NCBI GenBank assembly: GCA_026023565.1
Contig: JAPETS010000003.1
Span: 124,001 to 188,000, forward strand
Length of the DNA: 64,000 nt
Source of the DNA: Cirrosporium novae-zelandiae
Lineage: Eukaryota
Direction: 5' to 3'
Below are positions 1 to 13,031 of this stretch, one piece after another. The position numbers and the translations under genes were made by a program. Every line of letters begins with the position of its first letter. Position 1 is the stretch's first letter. Under the pieces are notes generated by a model, which was given only the letters and a program-made list of their open reading frames with translations, had not been told where the DNA came from and made no database searches.

Positions 1-236
1 AGGGTTTATGTGATGTCATTCCCCAGCATCATGTGGCTGAAGCTTCCAGCCCCATGCCTTAGTGCTTCAGGTGTCCTCGGCGCCTGAGGCCTTGTGTCCT
101 GAAATTATCATCCATCAACCATGAACTTAGAGAATCCCACGCCTTCCCCAAAACTGACATTTATTTCTATTTCTCTAATCAATTACATTCCTTCTCCTTT
201 TCTATCCAGGTATGCTGAAATTTCTTTCTATGCGGA

Positions 237-1690
237 ATGAAGAAAACACTCCTTCTGTGCTTTATCCACGGCTTCAAAGTATGTCCTCAATCCCGCCACT
301 TGGTTCTTTTTGAGAAACACCATGCAGTACCTGTGCAGCTGCATTTTTACGTCTACAAGCCTAAATCTAACACGTTTTACTTCTTCAGGGGGGCGATGAT
401 ACATTTGGGGGATTTCCAAAACACCTTCGCAATCTCATCAGTCAAGAGCTTCCTCATCTAGATGTCCAAGCCGTGACATATCCCAAATTCGAGACTCGAG
501 GAGACCTCAATGACTGCGTGGCTAAGTTTCGAGAATGGTATGAGAAAAAAGACGATATGCAATTGGCTTCGTCGAAGCTTTGGAATCCAGAATTGCCCAA
601 CGAACATTGACAAGCTAACGTCCACCGTGTCCACAGGCTCCAAAACCGAGTTATCGATATCGAGGTCGCCCACTCGACCCCCAGCCCTACAGTCGATCCC
701 TCGGTTCGAGTAATCCTGATAGGCCATTCCATGGGCGGCATCGTAGCCGCAGAGACCATTCTTTCAATCATCTCGGAACAGCCTATATACAGCAGTCCCC
801 CGGCCCCAATGAATTCGACCGAAATGAGCGACGCTGAGTCAGACGACACCCCGCCGCTTCTCATGTTCCCCTACATCCAAGGTCTGCTCGCATTCGACAC
901 ACCCTACCTTGGCATAAACCCGGGCATGGTCGCACAAGGCGCAGAGGGCCACTACAGAACCGCCTCAACGGCGTACAACGCTTTCACAGAAGCGGCCTCT
1001 TTCTTTGGCGGCTGGGGCGCTAGCAAAGCTACGACCAACACCGAAATAAAATCTGCCGGCGCCTTACCCGCACCCCCCTCCTCATCCTCCCCCACCAATG
1101 GAAAATCCTCAAAAAGACCCTGGAGCACCTACGGCAAATTCGCCCTCGTCGCAGGAGCCGCCTCTGCCGCCGCAGGCGCCCTCTACACCCAACGCACCCA
1201 CCTAACTGCTGGCTGGAGCTTTGTAACCTCGCACCTAGAATTCGTCGGCTGCCTCGCCCGTGGCGAAGAACTCCGCCAACGCCTCACCCGCATCCTCAAC
1301 TTCTCCCGAACATCGGGCCTCGGCTTCGCTGAACTCTACACCTGTCTCTCGGACGAGAAACCCCAACACAAACACAACGAATACTCAGATGCGGCCTTTG
1401 GGAAGGAGAGGACGTTCTGCTCGGTCCCAAAGGAGGGCAGCGAGATGAGGAAGGGGATTTGGTGGAAGGAGGTTAATGAGAAAGCGAAAGATGAGACCAT
1501 AGCACATATGAGCATGTTTTTTCCAGAGGATAATCCTAGATATTTTGGAATGTGTGAAAGGGCAAGGGGGTTGGTTGTTGGGTGGGTTAAGGAGGGCTGG
1601 GTTGGTGCTGTGGTTGATGCTGAGGTTGATGCTAAGGTTGATGTTGAGGAGGATCAGAGGTCCGACATCGCCACCGTTGGTGCTCCTTGA
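237..1690 (+). CDS. alpha/beta-hydrolase (DUF676/lipase-like), 3 exons
   Basis: MKKTLLLCFIHGFK, intron 279-388 (GTATGT..CAG), GGDDTFGGFPKHL...KFREW, intron ~538-636, then ILIGHSMGG nucleophile elbow and LAFDTPYLG; joins ORF 731-1690. Confidence 0.8.
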
Positions 1691-2354
1691 GGGGGCTCCA
1701 ACCAAATCCAATCCAGCTAATCGGTAGACTACGAAATCACAACTACAAACACACAAACCCCGAATTTATATGAGCACATCATACCCCCCGACAGAAGAAG
1801 CCAGAATGAAAGAGCAAAAAAACAAACACAAGATCCCAGAAACATCATGGCATGAATGATTGAATGACGGGCGGACGAACGGGCGCACAGACGCGTGGGT
1901 GGATGATATGACATGGGCGAATACACAGAACGAAAGGAAGGGAAGAGAGGGAGGAAGCACGGTACCCCTTATTCATTCCCTAGATTCCCTATAAACCTAA
2001 CCATAACCACAACCACCAAACCTAATAATGAGATAAACGAAACGTATACTCCTCTTACCTCAATCTTACTTCACCTGGCGAGCTTTTATCTATAGATAGA
2101 TGGATAGATAATACAACAACAAAGAAACAAGAAAACAAATAAGAAAAATAAATCATGGTTAACATAACCGACCCAGACATAGGACTAGAACTAGAAACTA
2201 AACAACTGACCACCCTCCCGGAGAGCTTGTTGGTCACTTTCACTAACTTTCACTAAATATTACTAAAAATATTAACTACTCCCAGCTCCGACCCTCTCTT
2301 ATATATATAATATACCAAGGAACTAACCAAAAGTTTTTGGATGCAAAATGATCC

Positions 2355-2391
2355 ACTACCTACTACCTACTACCTACTACCTACTACCTAC
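2355..2391. repeat. 7-bp tandem repeat (CTACCTA)n, about 5 copies
   Basis: directly visible in sequence. Confidence 0.85.
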
Positions 2392-3362
2392 TTGTACCTT
2401 CCGAGTCATTGTTATTATTATTATTATTATTTATTATTTATTATTTATCTAAACAAACTCTAGGTCAGGTTAGTTAGTTGGAAAGTTTTGTTTGAATTTT
2501 TTTTTTTGATGAAAGGGGGGAGGGGGGAGGTGTTTTGTTAGGGTTGTTGTTGTTGTTGTTATTGTTGATAACTTGAAAAAGGAAGGGGTTTTGGTATTGG
2601 ATTTTTGGTGAGGTGGGAGTAGGTGGGAGTAGGTGATAGGGGGGGGGGTGGGTATGAATGGGATGAGATGGGATATAGACTATTTACCTAATCTCTCCAT
2701 ACATAGTCCTTTGGTACCTAGGGTAAGTTGGTTACCACCGACACAATTCCCCAAATCCCATATCCAATATCCAATATCCAATATCCGTACTTCTTTCTAC
2801 CTACATCCCCTCTCCCCTTTCACCCCTTTACACCACCACCACCATCATCGTCATCATCATCATCATCATCATCACTCATACCCTCCCTATTCCACCACCA
2901 CAACCAAGTTATATATATATATCCCTATCCCCCACACACAACACCCAAATATCCGTAACCTAGAATATCCCACATGAGCCCGTTCCCTTTCTCAAACTCA
3001 AATTAAGTTCTTAAAAGAGAGAGTCCCTTGCCATTCCTCTAAGCAAAGTAAATAAATATGATAGAACGAAAGCGAGAAAAAAAATGAATAAAAAAAGTTG
3101 TTAGAAAGTATAAAAGGAAAAAAGAAAAGGAATTTCTTGCTTATGGTTTTTTTTTTAAGGTCTAAAGTAGATTCTACCTCTGACCCCGACCCCTTTTTCT
3201 GGTATTCCGACGTTATCCAATCGATATACCTAACTAATATAGGTACATACATATATATAGTCTTTTTTTTGTATTACTGTGTCTCTCTTTGTCTTCCCAA
3301 ACATATACTGTACGTGCATATGCACATGCACCCCCCCTCCCCCCAACACACATATAACACTT

Positions 3363-6282
3363 CTAAATAACAATCCTCTCAACTTGGTACTTCCCAACCA
3401 TCTTACTCTTCTGCTCTCCCAACGCCTTCTCCCTAACCTGAAACTGCCGAATCTCGCCTCCCGCCCCTATAAACTTATCCGTCAACTTCCCCACGGCCGC
3501 TATCGCCGTCGCCTTCCCCGCCATCGGCAATATCCCCGTTCCGATATCCTGGTTCAGACTAGCTGTGAGCGGGATGGTCATGCCCTGTTTATTGAGCATG
3601 AGTTTTGAGGAGACGTGGCCCGCGGTTTTGACGTCGCCGAGCTGGGTGGCGTAGGTTAGGAGCGGGGTGAGGAGGCCGCGGAGGTAGGTTGATTCTTCGC
3701 AGACTTCGAGGGCGGTGGAGATGGTGGATTGGAGGGAGGGGAGGAGGGAGTTTGCCGAGTGGAGGGAGGTGGTGCTTAGGGTTGTTGAAGGGGAGGCGGC
3801 CGAGGAGGCCGGGGTTGGCAGGGTAGAGTGGATGAACCCTGAGGCGCCGAAGGACGTTATGGTTCTGTTGAGGAGGGCGATGACGGATCTTACGGATGGT
3901 TGTTGGGGTTGTTTTGGGGAGGTTGCGTCATCGGAGGGGAGGTTGGGGGTTGCATCTAAGTAGTCTGAGGCCCAGTCGCTGGAGGTGAGGTAGTGTTGAA
4001 GGATGGAGATGATTTCGAGGGTTTCGTAACGGGTAAGCTGGGAGCGAATAGCCTTGGTGATGGTCCGGGGGGGTTTGGAATTTAGTTTTTCAATGACAAG
4101 TGTGAGTGTGGTTAAAACGTTGGGCGGAAGTGGAACGGGCTGGTTGATGGGCGGGAAGCCGGTGCTCAGTTCATTTCCTGTGAGATCTTTTATCGGATCA
4201 GTTCCGTTTGTGAGCAATTTCTGCTGCGGGTTCTGTTCAGCAATTTGAATTAGAATTTTTAGAGCTTGGACTAGTTCCTCAGTGCTGAGGTTGACCTGGT
4301 TCTCTAACACAACTTCCAGCAGGTTGATTTCTTTTTGGGGTCCCACAAGCGCCTGCACGATTGAGCCTGGAGGGGCTGTTTTCCCTGATGACTGTCGGAT
4401 TGCAAGCTGAATGTTACTCTCCGAAAAATTACCAGAGTAGACAAGCCAACTGAATAGAGGTCGGAGATGTTTTTTCTGAAGCCGTAGAGTCTCTTTTTCA
4501 AAAGGTTGTGGGCTTTCTTCAGATTTAGCGATTTGCGTTTCCTTTTGCGTCTGTGGAGAAGAAAACACGAAAATCTTTGACAAGAGGTAGAGAATCTTGG
4601 GTCTATCTCGAGCCTCTATAGATCTTTCTTGGGCTGCTCGCTGGATATGGTGGTTCCGAGTGCTATAGTCTCGAGCTTCAAAAGCCTTAGAGATCCCAAA
4701 CTCTTTTCCCATCTCGATCGTGAACTCCTTGAACTTTGCTGCGCTGAGGAGTGCATCTAATGTTTCTTTTTGTTTATCCCAACGTTTTTGTTCCTCATCC
4801 GACATCCCTATATCCTCTCCAATGAACGGCCCAGAAGTCTTTGATTGATGCGCTCTTGAGGGTAGTGAGGTGGCTTTCAGGCCACGGCCAATGGAATCAA
4901 TCAATAGGCTGTCGGCTTTTCTTTTCCGACCACCTCCAACAGCGCTGATCGATGAAGGGGCCTGAAGTCCTACAAGCTTTCCGTTCTTCAAGCCAACGAT
5001 AAGATTTGTTTTAGGGAAATATGCCAAAAGCCGGATGGCGGAGTCGGCACTATGTCCTGCCGCAATATCTCGGCTCGCCAGTGGGAAGCTCCCAGAGGTA
5101 TCGATTGATCCCTGAACAGATCGATAGTGGGTATTGTAGGCCGTAATCGAGGATTGAGATGAGACCAAGACTGAGGATTCCGATAGGCGTAGGTACGTCA
5201 CAGACTCTTGTCCTTGTAGCTGTAGCTCTGAGGATACAGAGGGGGTATAACCTGATATATCAAACGCGACAAAGTGACTATCTGAAGATTGGTATAAAAT
5301 ACTGGATGTCGCGTGGAATGAGAATTGAACTTCATCAGTCGACCCATTGATAGTAGGCTGGGGCAGCTTCGAGGACATTAGATGCTGTAAATGGTTTGAA
5401 ACCCTCGAGTTACCGTTTCCATGTTGCGGATCTTGTAAGGCAAAGATATGGTAGCTGTAACCTTTATCCTTAGATTTCCCCGAAGACTTCGATACTAGGA
5501 GCAAAATTTGTATCGAGTTGGTGTCTTCATCCTCAAGACAAAGACTATTTTTCAAGTCATCCCGTCTACTTAAAACACCCTTGGATGCTACGGTGCTATC
5601 CATCACCGTAGCAAATACAATATTTGATTTCTTCAAAGATTTCTGCACTTCTTCATCTTGAGTCGAGGACGACAAATCAGCACTCCACCTCATCTTTTCC
5701 AGTGAACCTGGGATGACGGCGATCTGTCCATTTTTATGCACTGTAAGAATATCGGGAACATAAGTTTGCTCCTCGTCGGCCGTAAAGCTAGGACCTGGAA
5801 GCACATCCAGATGCACTATTTCGCTTCTCGCACTTTTCACCTCCAAAGCCTTGGCTTCGATATCGTGGCCATTCGCGTTTGTTTCCTTTTCTGAAAAACT
5901 AATTATTTTCGCCAACGGTCCATCTATAACAGAGCAGTAGGTAATTCGAGAAGGTTCTTGGGTTCTCGTCCTCTTTAATCGAATAGAGCATGGTGGGCAG
6001 GTAAAACATGCTTGAGGAGAAATGGCGTAAGAGGTAACAAATTTTGGCACTTGAACCTGTATAGTGATGAGCACATCTTCAATTCATGAACGACCATAGC
6101 TGTCATACATTATAAACATTAACGCTCTCCCCATCAATTGCGACAGCAAGCTCAGCTCTCTTCCGCTTTTTCGACCCCGCAAGGGTATACACCTCAGTCG
6201 CAAAAGTTCGCCCTTTGAGATTTAGAGATCGGGGAAGCTGGCTGAGCAGGTGGGGATTTCCGATGGCCTGATCTTCAACCAT
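3363..6282 (-). CDS. UTP8: Utp8-like U3 snoRNP / SSU processome (t-UTP) protein, 2 exons
   Basis: ATG at 6282 (MVEDQAIGNP...KKRKRAELAVAIDGESVNVYN), intron 6057-6108 (GTATGA..CAG) in phase with the 903-aa ORF; beta-propeller-like N-terminus and C-terminal VGKYQVERIVI resemble fungal Utp8. Confidence 0.72.
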
Positions 6283-6520
6283 GGCGACTATATTTTGTGA
6301 GGAGATGGCTGGCACGAAATCTGAAATCTAAAAAAACAGCGGAGATGAAATGTTGCGAGCGGTTTGGAGAAGAAATTCCAAACTTTTTTTGTCCAATCAA
6401 AAGTGATTTTTACTACACCTCATGCTTTATGTAAGCGAACCTTTCAAAAGTCCGAGTCAACCGCGATTTCAGGTCAAGTTGAAAGTATTATCGACTCCAC
6501 TCCACATAAGACTAGATGAA

Positions 6521-7064
6521 ATGTTGTACGAATTAATTGGTGTTGTGAGTGCCTTGGCATATTATCAATAGCATTGAACCTCTAGCTAATAAATAATTAC
6601 AGGTCCGACCGGGCAATATTCACGAGGTGAAAGAGTATGATCCTCCAACTTTAGAAAATACCCCCAGAACCTTGGAAGCTTGATAGCTAACCTCGTTCAG
6701 GATTGCCAAAACTGCTGGCAAGATTGTCCTTTCCACTGGAGGCATCATTCGTGGCTATACCAACTGGGGTCCATTCACCCTCCCTAAACCCACCGTCAAG
6801 CATCAAGCCCGTTACACCCAGGGCCACTACTTCATCATGCGCTTCGATTCTTCTGGCCAAACCCAGCAAAGTGTTAGAAGCACCCTCGCTCTCGATCCTA
6901 GAATGATTCGTTTTTCGGTTGTGAAGATGGGGTCAACGTTACAAGAAATCAAGGATGTTAGCGGCAAGGTATTCTGGAATAACAAGTCCATGCTCAGTCG
7001 ATATGTGGACGACAAAGCAAAGGCAACCGAGTTTGGACAAGAGATGGAGTCATTAATGGTTTGA
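6521..7064 (+). CDS. MRP17: mitochondrial ribosomal protein S6 (bS6m), 3 exons
   Basis: spliced MLYELIGV|VRPGNIHEVKE|IAKTAGKIVLSTGGIIRGYTNWG...GHYFIMRFDSS...LALDPRMIRFSVVK; S6 family motifs; introns 6545-6602 and ~6635-6700. Confidence 0.9.
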
Positions 7065-7296
7065 TGACCAAAAACTGTTTCAGGATATGTACAATACAGC
7101 AATCATATGGCCAAATGATATAAATACAATTCAGCCATTGGAAATCTACTACAGTAGGTATCAGGAGAGTCGCTCACTACCCTTACAAGGATACAAAGAA
7201 TAAGACTATCCCGCCAACCATTAGCTTCATGGTCGGCTTGCAAGTCTTCCGTTCGCCATAAGGACTCCAAATGCGTCAAGTGTGGTACGTCATGCG

Positions 7297-10152
7297 TTAG
7301 AATAAACCCCAACCCCTAGCCCGTTCCTTTGCCGCAGCTGCAGCTTGTCCTGAATTTGCTGTTCTCTTGCCCCTACTATCCAGTTGTCGCAAACTTTCCA
7401 TTTTTTCCAGAACCAATTCCAAGGTCTCCTTTCGCTTGATAACATCTAGGTGTTTTCGGATCTTTGGATCTTCCCTAGCGAACATCTCAACTTCTTGATC
7501 AGAAAGATGGCGTCCTAGCCTCATATCAAGCTCGCGAGGAAAGTTGTAGTAGAATTCCGAGAGGAGCTCAACATTGAGGAAAAGAACAGCGGTTGAAGTG
7601 AGTTTATCGGCAACCACGTCGAGGAAGATCTCCGGACAGTAGTATTTGTTCTTCTTGCTTGTACACTGTTTCGATTTCACAGCTATCAACCGCATCTTTA
7701 TGATGTCTTCCCTGTCCCGAAGGAAAACTGCCTCTCGACCTAAAGATGTTTAGTTAAATTCACCATGAAGATGGTAGAACTGACCTTTTTGAAGCAATGC
7801 AGAACTAAATCCGCCAGCCCCACCAGATCCATCGCCCTCCAATACAACATCTCCCTTTCTTACTCGGTCAATGAAAGACATTACGTCCCGTAGTTTCCTT
7901 CTGCCGCCGACGATATCCTCAATCTTCTTCTCGGCAACTTCGCAGGCTTTGAGCTCTTCCTTCAGAACCTTTCCAATGCTCTCCCGGCTTTTGGACCACT
8001 CATTGTCCTCAACTTCAATCTCAAATTTATAGGGTTTGATGCAATTCTCCACCTGGTCACTGGTGCTGAAGAATCGATCATTGAGAATCGCAGATGCAGC
8101 GTCCATTATGGTCTTTTGAGCGAAGGGGTGTGTTGCGAATGGTGATTCTGAAACAAGACGTTCAACATTCGACTGGATGGCATTGGCAACTACGGTAGTA
8201 GCCAATCGACCGATTCCCAACTTTGTCAAAGATGATGTCGAAGCATCCAATTTGCGATGCCAAAGTGGAGAATCTTGCTCTGCCTGAGGCAGGTTGGCCA
8301 AAGGCTCTGGGTCGGGAAGAGGTAGGGCCAGATCATCAATAGGCTTATTCCAATATCGCTGGGCCAATAGATCCAGGACCCGCTGGTCAAGTTCTTGCTT
8401 GAGCATCTCTCGTACCTCTGGTCGTCCAAAGTGTTCAGCAAACTTCTTGAAAGAGTGCTTAAAGGCATCAAGACTCTCAGCAAGGTAGGATTCTGCACTT
8501 AGAGGTCGATCATTATACTGGACTTTGAATTCATAGGTAGCTTCCTCGAGCTCCTGGTGGATAGCATCACTCGTAGACTGTAGGCTTGAAGCCATTGTTT
8601 GTTCGAGGACATGCATAAGCTTCTTTCGGAGCGTTGAGGTTCCGACGGCCAGATCCGAGCCAGGACCAAATTCATTGGGATGGGCTGAAAAGAATGCGTT
8701 TTCATTCTTCGTCAGAGCTGGCAGGATATTGTAATTTCCTCTAGTGAAGACTTTGGTTTGATGAGGAACCTTGCAAACCACCCCGACATAACCAAGTCGT
8801 AAAGGATAATTTCTGTCCTGAAGAATAGTAGCGCCTCTAACAGGGTCAACCAAATCCATCTTCGTGACAACTCCAATGGTCCGCTCTCCTCTTGGATCCA
8901 CTCTTCTACTAGCCCGGAGGGCGGTAGAATTGGCCAGATCGACATCAGCAGCAGAAATAGCAAGTATGACATTTGGCGCTTGAATATATTTATCACAAAG
9001 ATCAGAGATTTTTTGCTTAAGTTCCAGAGGTTGATCTTGTCCAACAACCTGTATATAACCGGGAAGGTCAATGAGAGAGAGGTCAGGAACAGTAGGAGAA
9101 TGAATAGAAAGTCGGATTGGGTCATCCGATACACATTGATCTGCGGGGACAGCCAAATTTAGATCCGTAAGGGTCCTTTGAATCTGGGTGAAGTCGGTGA
9201 TCTTTCCCAGGCCCAATTGAGGAAACACGCCATATTCCGATGCAACGTCTGGGGTATTGACAAGTGTCAGTTCAATTGGTCGTCTCGTAACCATATTCGA
9301 GCCCTTTGGTAGAAATTCATGGCCAACAATAGCTTCAAGTACGGAACTTTTTCCGGATGATTGGGATCCTATTACCACAATCGAGGGTAAAGTAAGCGTA
9401 TCGGATTGTCCCACCGTATGTAGAATATTTCTTATCTCGATCATTTTTTTCGTTAGCATCATCATTTGATCATCCTTTGCCATTTCAGGTTTTGGTCGGC
9501 CATCTTCTTCGGAAGAATCATCAAATCCAAAGGCTGCTGCAGTAGCAGCTCCGAGTCCTACGCCAGCACTGCTCTGCTTGGGCGAAGGACCTCCGGAGGG
9601 ACCTCCGGATGGACCTCCCCCAGATGATCCACCACCTTCACCTCCTTCGTCCATCCTGAAGATTTTTTGCAGCCACTCTGGGACCTCCATATCTTCCTTT
9701 GTCTTTTCCCATCCCTTGTGTGTTTGCTCTGCAACTCCCGAGAGAGTGGCATATACGTTTCCGGCAGCGCCAGTGACGGAGGCTCCAAGATTTTTCGCTG
9801 TTTCCAATGCATAGGTCCCGGCTTGTGCAGCTTGATACTGTATGTAAGCAAGGCCGGCAATCATGGCACCTCCAAACATTGCCGGGATCCTCGCGGCCTT
9901 CAACATCAGCTTCGGCAATGCTCGTGCGAATGAGTAAGAGCGCACCGGGGGCAGATGATGTATCTGAAATGCTCCCCATTGTCTTTCATTACGTCTGCCA
10001 TGTTGTGGTCTACGATGAGAGTGGAAGAAAGGGCGTGCACCTCGAAGGGTGGAATAACTCAGGCCGCGGATGAGGTGGACAGGTGCTCGTTGGATCAAGG
10101 CTTGCCGGGCCAAGGGAGACCCAAAGCGGGTGGAGATGAGTCGACCACTCAT
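7297..10152 (-). CDS. MGM1: mitochondrial dynamin-related GTPase Mgm1/Msp1 (OPA1-like), 2 exons
   Basis: Arg-rich presequence, TM segment, G1 GSQSSGKS, DLPG, TKMD; intron 7740-7784 joins the C-terminal exon (KYYCPEIFLDVVADKL...EFYYNFPRELD). Confidence 0.96.
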
Positions 10153-10359
10153 TGTAGACTCATCTATAATTAGGAAGGACTCATGATGAGAGGAGATGTA
10201 TATGTCCAGATGGGGATAATAGTATTGTATTATTTTAAAGAATAATTGTAAAGATTTTGATGAAAGTTGGCTGATTTGATTGCCACATGGATTTTTCGGA
10301 GTAGAGGGGCTAAGAAAAGACCGATGGGGGGGGGGATGGGGATTGGGATTGGGGGATTG

Positions 10360-10596
10360 GGGACACAGAGATCAAAGCGACTAGACCCAAAAAATGATCC
10401 CGGAAAAGTGACTTTAGAGAGACCCTCAAACAACATTAATTTTTATATATTTATGATTAATTTATTTTAGGGTCTTGAGGAAGCCTTCAAAATAAATCAT
10501 TATCGAAAACTTGATTTTTTTTAAAGGCTTCCCCCGGATCACATTTCTGGTTCCATCTTTGGGTCTGGTTGCTTTCATTTCTACCCATCAAAAGTA
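10360..10596. mobile_element. MITE-like palindromic element, family A (degenerate left end)
   Basis: 10558-10588 matches the reverse complement of 46879-46909 at 30/31 nt; internal hairpins (AGACCCT..AGGGTCT, GAAGCCTT..AAGGCTTC); right end followed by TA. Confidence 0.65.
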
Positions 10597-10665
10597 GGGA
10601 GAGGCACAAAGACCCGAGAGGGTAGCTAAATTGGCATACACGGCCAAACGTATCAGCCCTAATTA

Positions 10666-10672
10666 TCACGTG
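10666..10672. promoter_or_regulatory. TCACGTG E-box (Cbf1-like) upstream of DUG3
   Basis: exact motif about 420 bp upstream of the DUG3 ATG; Cbf1 sites regulate sulfur genes in yeast; a single 7-mer may be chance. Confidence 0.25.
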
Positions 10673-11089
10673 TCGATAATACTCTAGTCAGCCAATTGGA
10701 TTAACGTCCACTATGAAAGGAGTAATTATTATGTATTGTACTACTATGTACGTATGATACGGTGATACCCAAAGAGTCATCACCTACCTATAAGTATAAC
10801 CTACCTGACATATAACAAACAACCCAGACATCTAAATCAAATTTTTCATCTTATTTTTTTCAACTGCTCTTTTTTGTACCACCTACTTTCTATTTCTACC
10901 TCTTCAAATCCTATAAACCCCCTTTTGTCATCTGGCCTTAATTGACGCCATATGGGGAAGCTGACTGCTTCCTTTTAGTTATATCAATACTTCCCACTCT
11001 TGTAAATTGCAATATTTTCATCTTGATAGTTTTCCAACTGGGATTGTTGAATCATTTGTTGTTTTCAGCATTCTGTCTGAATCATCACA

Positions 11090-12507
11090 ATGTGTCGTTT
11101 CCTAGTAGGTGATGCCGTATAACCACCTACTTACCCCTAAATATTAACTAATAATCCCTCAATAGTTATACAAAGGAAATTCTGAGATCCTTCTCTCAAA
11201 ACTGATCCTTGAACCCACTCATTCAATTCTGACCCAATCTTACGACTGTCGATTACGTCTGGTACCTTGCCCCCCTCTAGGTTTCTTAGACCTGCTACTT
11301 AACCTGCTTTTCTAGGATACTCGTCGTCCCCACAATGGTGATGGTTTCGGTGTAGGCTACTATCCTCCCCCAACACTCTCCAAGTCGCCTTGTATTTTTA
11401 CCAGCACTACTCCAGCCTGGAACTGCATCAATCTCGAGCGCCTCGCCTCAAAGACGACATCCTCGTTGATTTTTGCTCATGTAAGGGCTACCACAAGTGG
11501 CAGTCTTGCTGATTCAAATTGTCATCCATTCAGCCATGGCTCATTGATGTTCATGCATAATGGCAACATTGGCGCATGGAGAAGAGTAAAGAGGGCGTTA
11601 GTAAGTAGTGTAGGTGAAAGGTGGTTCCTAGAGGTCAAAGGGAGCACCGACTCAGAATGGGCCTTTGCAGTCTTTCTCGACGAACTAGAGAAGGGAGGTG
11701 TCGACCCTAGTTCAGATCCTGGCGAGGGTGGATTTGGACATGCTACCCTCCGGAAAGCCTTACTAGGCACCGTTAAAAGAATCAACATGCTTGTCAAGCA
11801 AGCCACATCTTCGCCTTTATATGGCTCCAGCGACGACGAAGAGGACCTAGAGACTAGAAGTCTCCTCAACTTTGCTGTAACAGACGGCCACAGCGTCGTC
11901 TGCACACGCTACGTCTCGAGCAAAACCGACGAAGCTGCATCTCTCTACTTCTCATCTGGAACCGACTGGCGAGAAGTTGGCGGCAAAGGAAACTTCAAAA
12001 TGGAGCGACGTGATAAAGGTGCTGATATCGTGCTAGTCGCCAGCGAGCCCTTGACATTTGAACGAGGTAAGACCTTTTTCATTCCCCCTCCCAAATAGAC
12101 CAACCCAACCCCAACCACAAAAGAAGCAAACACATCATACAAACAAAATCCCCCCTTCCCTCACACCCAGAAAAAAAAATATCCCCCTCATTAACCGCAC
12201 AAACACAGACAATTGGGTAACCGTCCCCACAAATTCCACCTTAACAATTCACAACCAAACGGTAATGATCCACCCCATAATCGACGAATTCTACAACCGC
12301 GACCCCGCCTACACCCGCAACTCCGGTTTTGCCGTCAGCAAGGGTCTCGTTTCTCATGGCCCTGGTGCCACCATCCCTACCAGTAGTCGGGAGGAGAGCA
12401 CCCAGCAGGGTGGCTGTATGGGACTGGGGGTTGAGAGGGAGGGGGCCGGTGCTATGATAGAGGAGGTTGGGAGGAGGGTTAGGGCTTTGGAGGTTGGTGG
12501 GGTTTAG
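11090..12507 (+). CDS. DUG3: class II glutamine amidotransferase Dug3 (glutathione degradation), 4 exons
   Basis: N-terminal nucleophile MCRFL, RRPHNGDGFG, FAHVRATT, NCHPF, MHNG, GSTDSE, VASEPLTFER|DNWVTVPTNS; introns ~11105-11165, ~11262-11316, ~12067-12208. Confidence 0.93.
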
Positions 12508-12737
12508 TTGGGTGGATGTATAGGGTGTAAGGATGTAAGGGTATGATAGGACATGGGGCGTTTATTGTATTTCATTCTATTTCATTCTATCTTATTTTAC
12601 TACTACACCATTGAACCTGCCGCAAGCGAAAGCGATAACTAACGAGCGCGAAGCGATGCGATGCGATGCGGTGTACCCTGTTTATTTCTTCACTCATGTA
12701 CATGTACGATAAATGGTTGAATAATCTACCTAGGTAT

Positions 12738-13031
12738 CTAAGAGCGAGCATAACCTAACTCATCTAACCTAACCAAGTAAAAAGTGATATACATATATCT
12801 ATCTATGCCAGGAAAATCTTTTACCCATAGTCCAGCTATAATTCTCAACACCCCTTGGGTACCGACCTGGCGAACCAAGAAGATATATATAATGAAGGTG
12901 GTGAGAATTGTCCATACTCTGGTATAATTGACCTGTTGTTGTTGTTGTGGGGCCTCTGGTGGTGGTGGTGGTGTGCTGGGGTTCTTTTTTTGCTCATCAA
13001 TTCTGTCATCCTGTTTGTTGTTGGAGGCCAT
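12738..13031 (-). CDS. small hypothetical membrane protein
   Basis: ATG at 13031 (MASNNKQ...), Pro/Gln tract then hydrophobic VWTILTTFIIYIFLV; no family recognised. Confidence 0.35.
   Translation of the reverse strand: MASNNKQDDRIDEQKKNPSTPPPPPEAPQQQQQVNYTRVWTILTTFIIYIFLVRQVGTQGVLRIIAGLWVKDFPGIDRYMYITFYLVRLDELGYARS

Noticed and set aside
12604..12675. Small hairpin-like GCGAAGCG/(GCGAT)n patch
   Set aside because: Short, imperfect and single-copy; not enough to call an element
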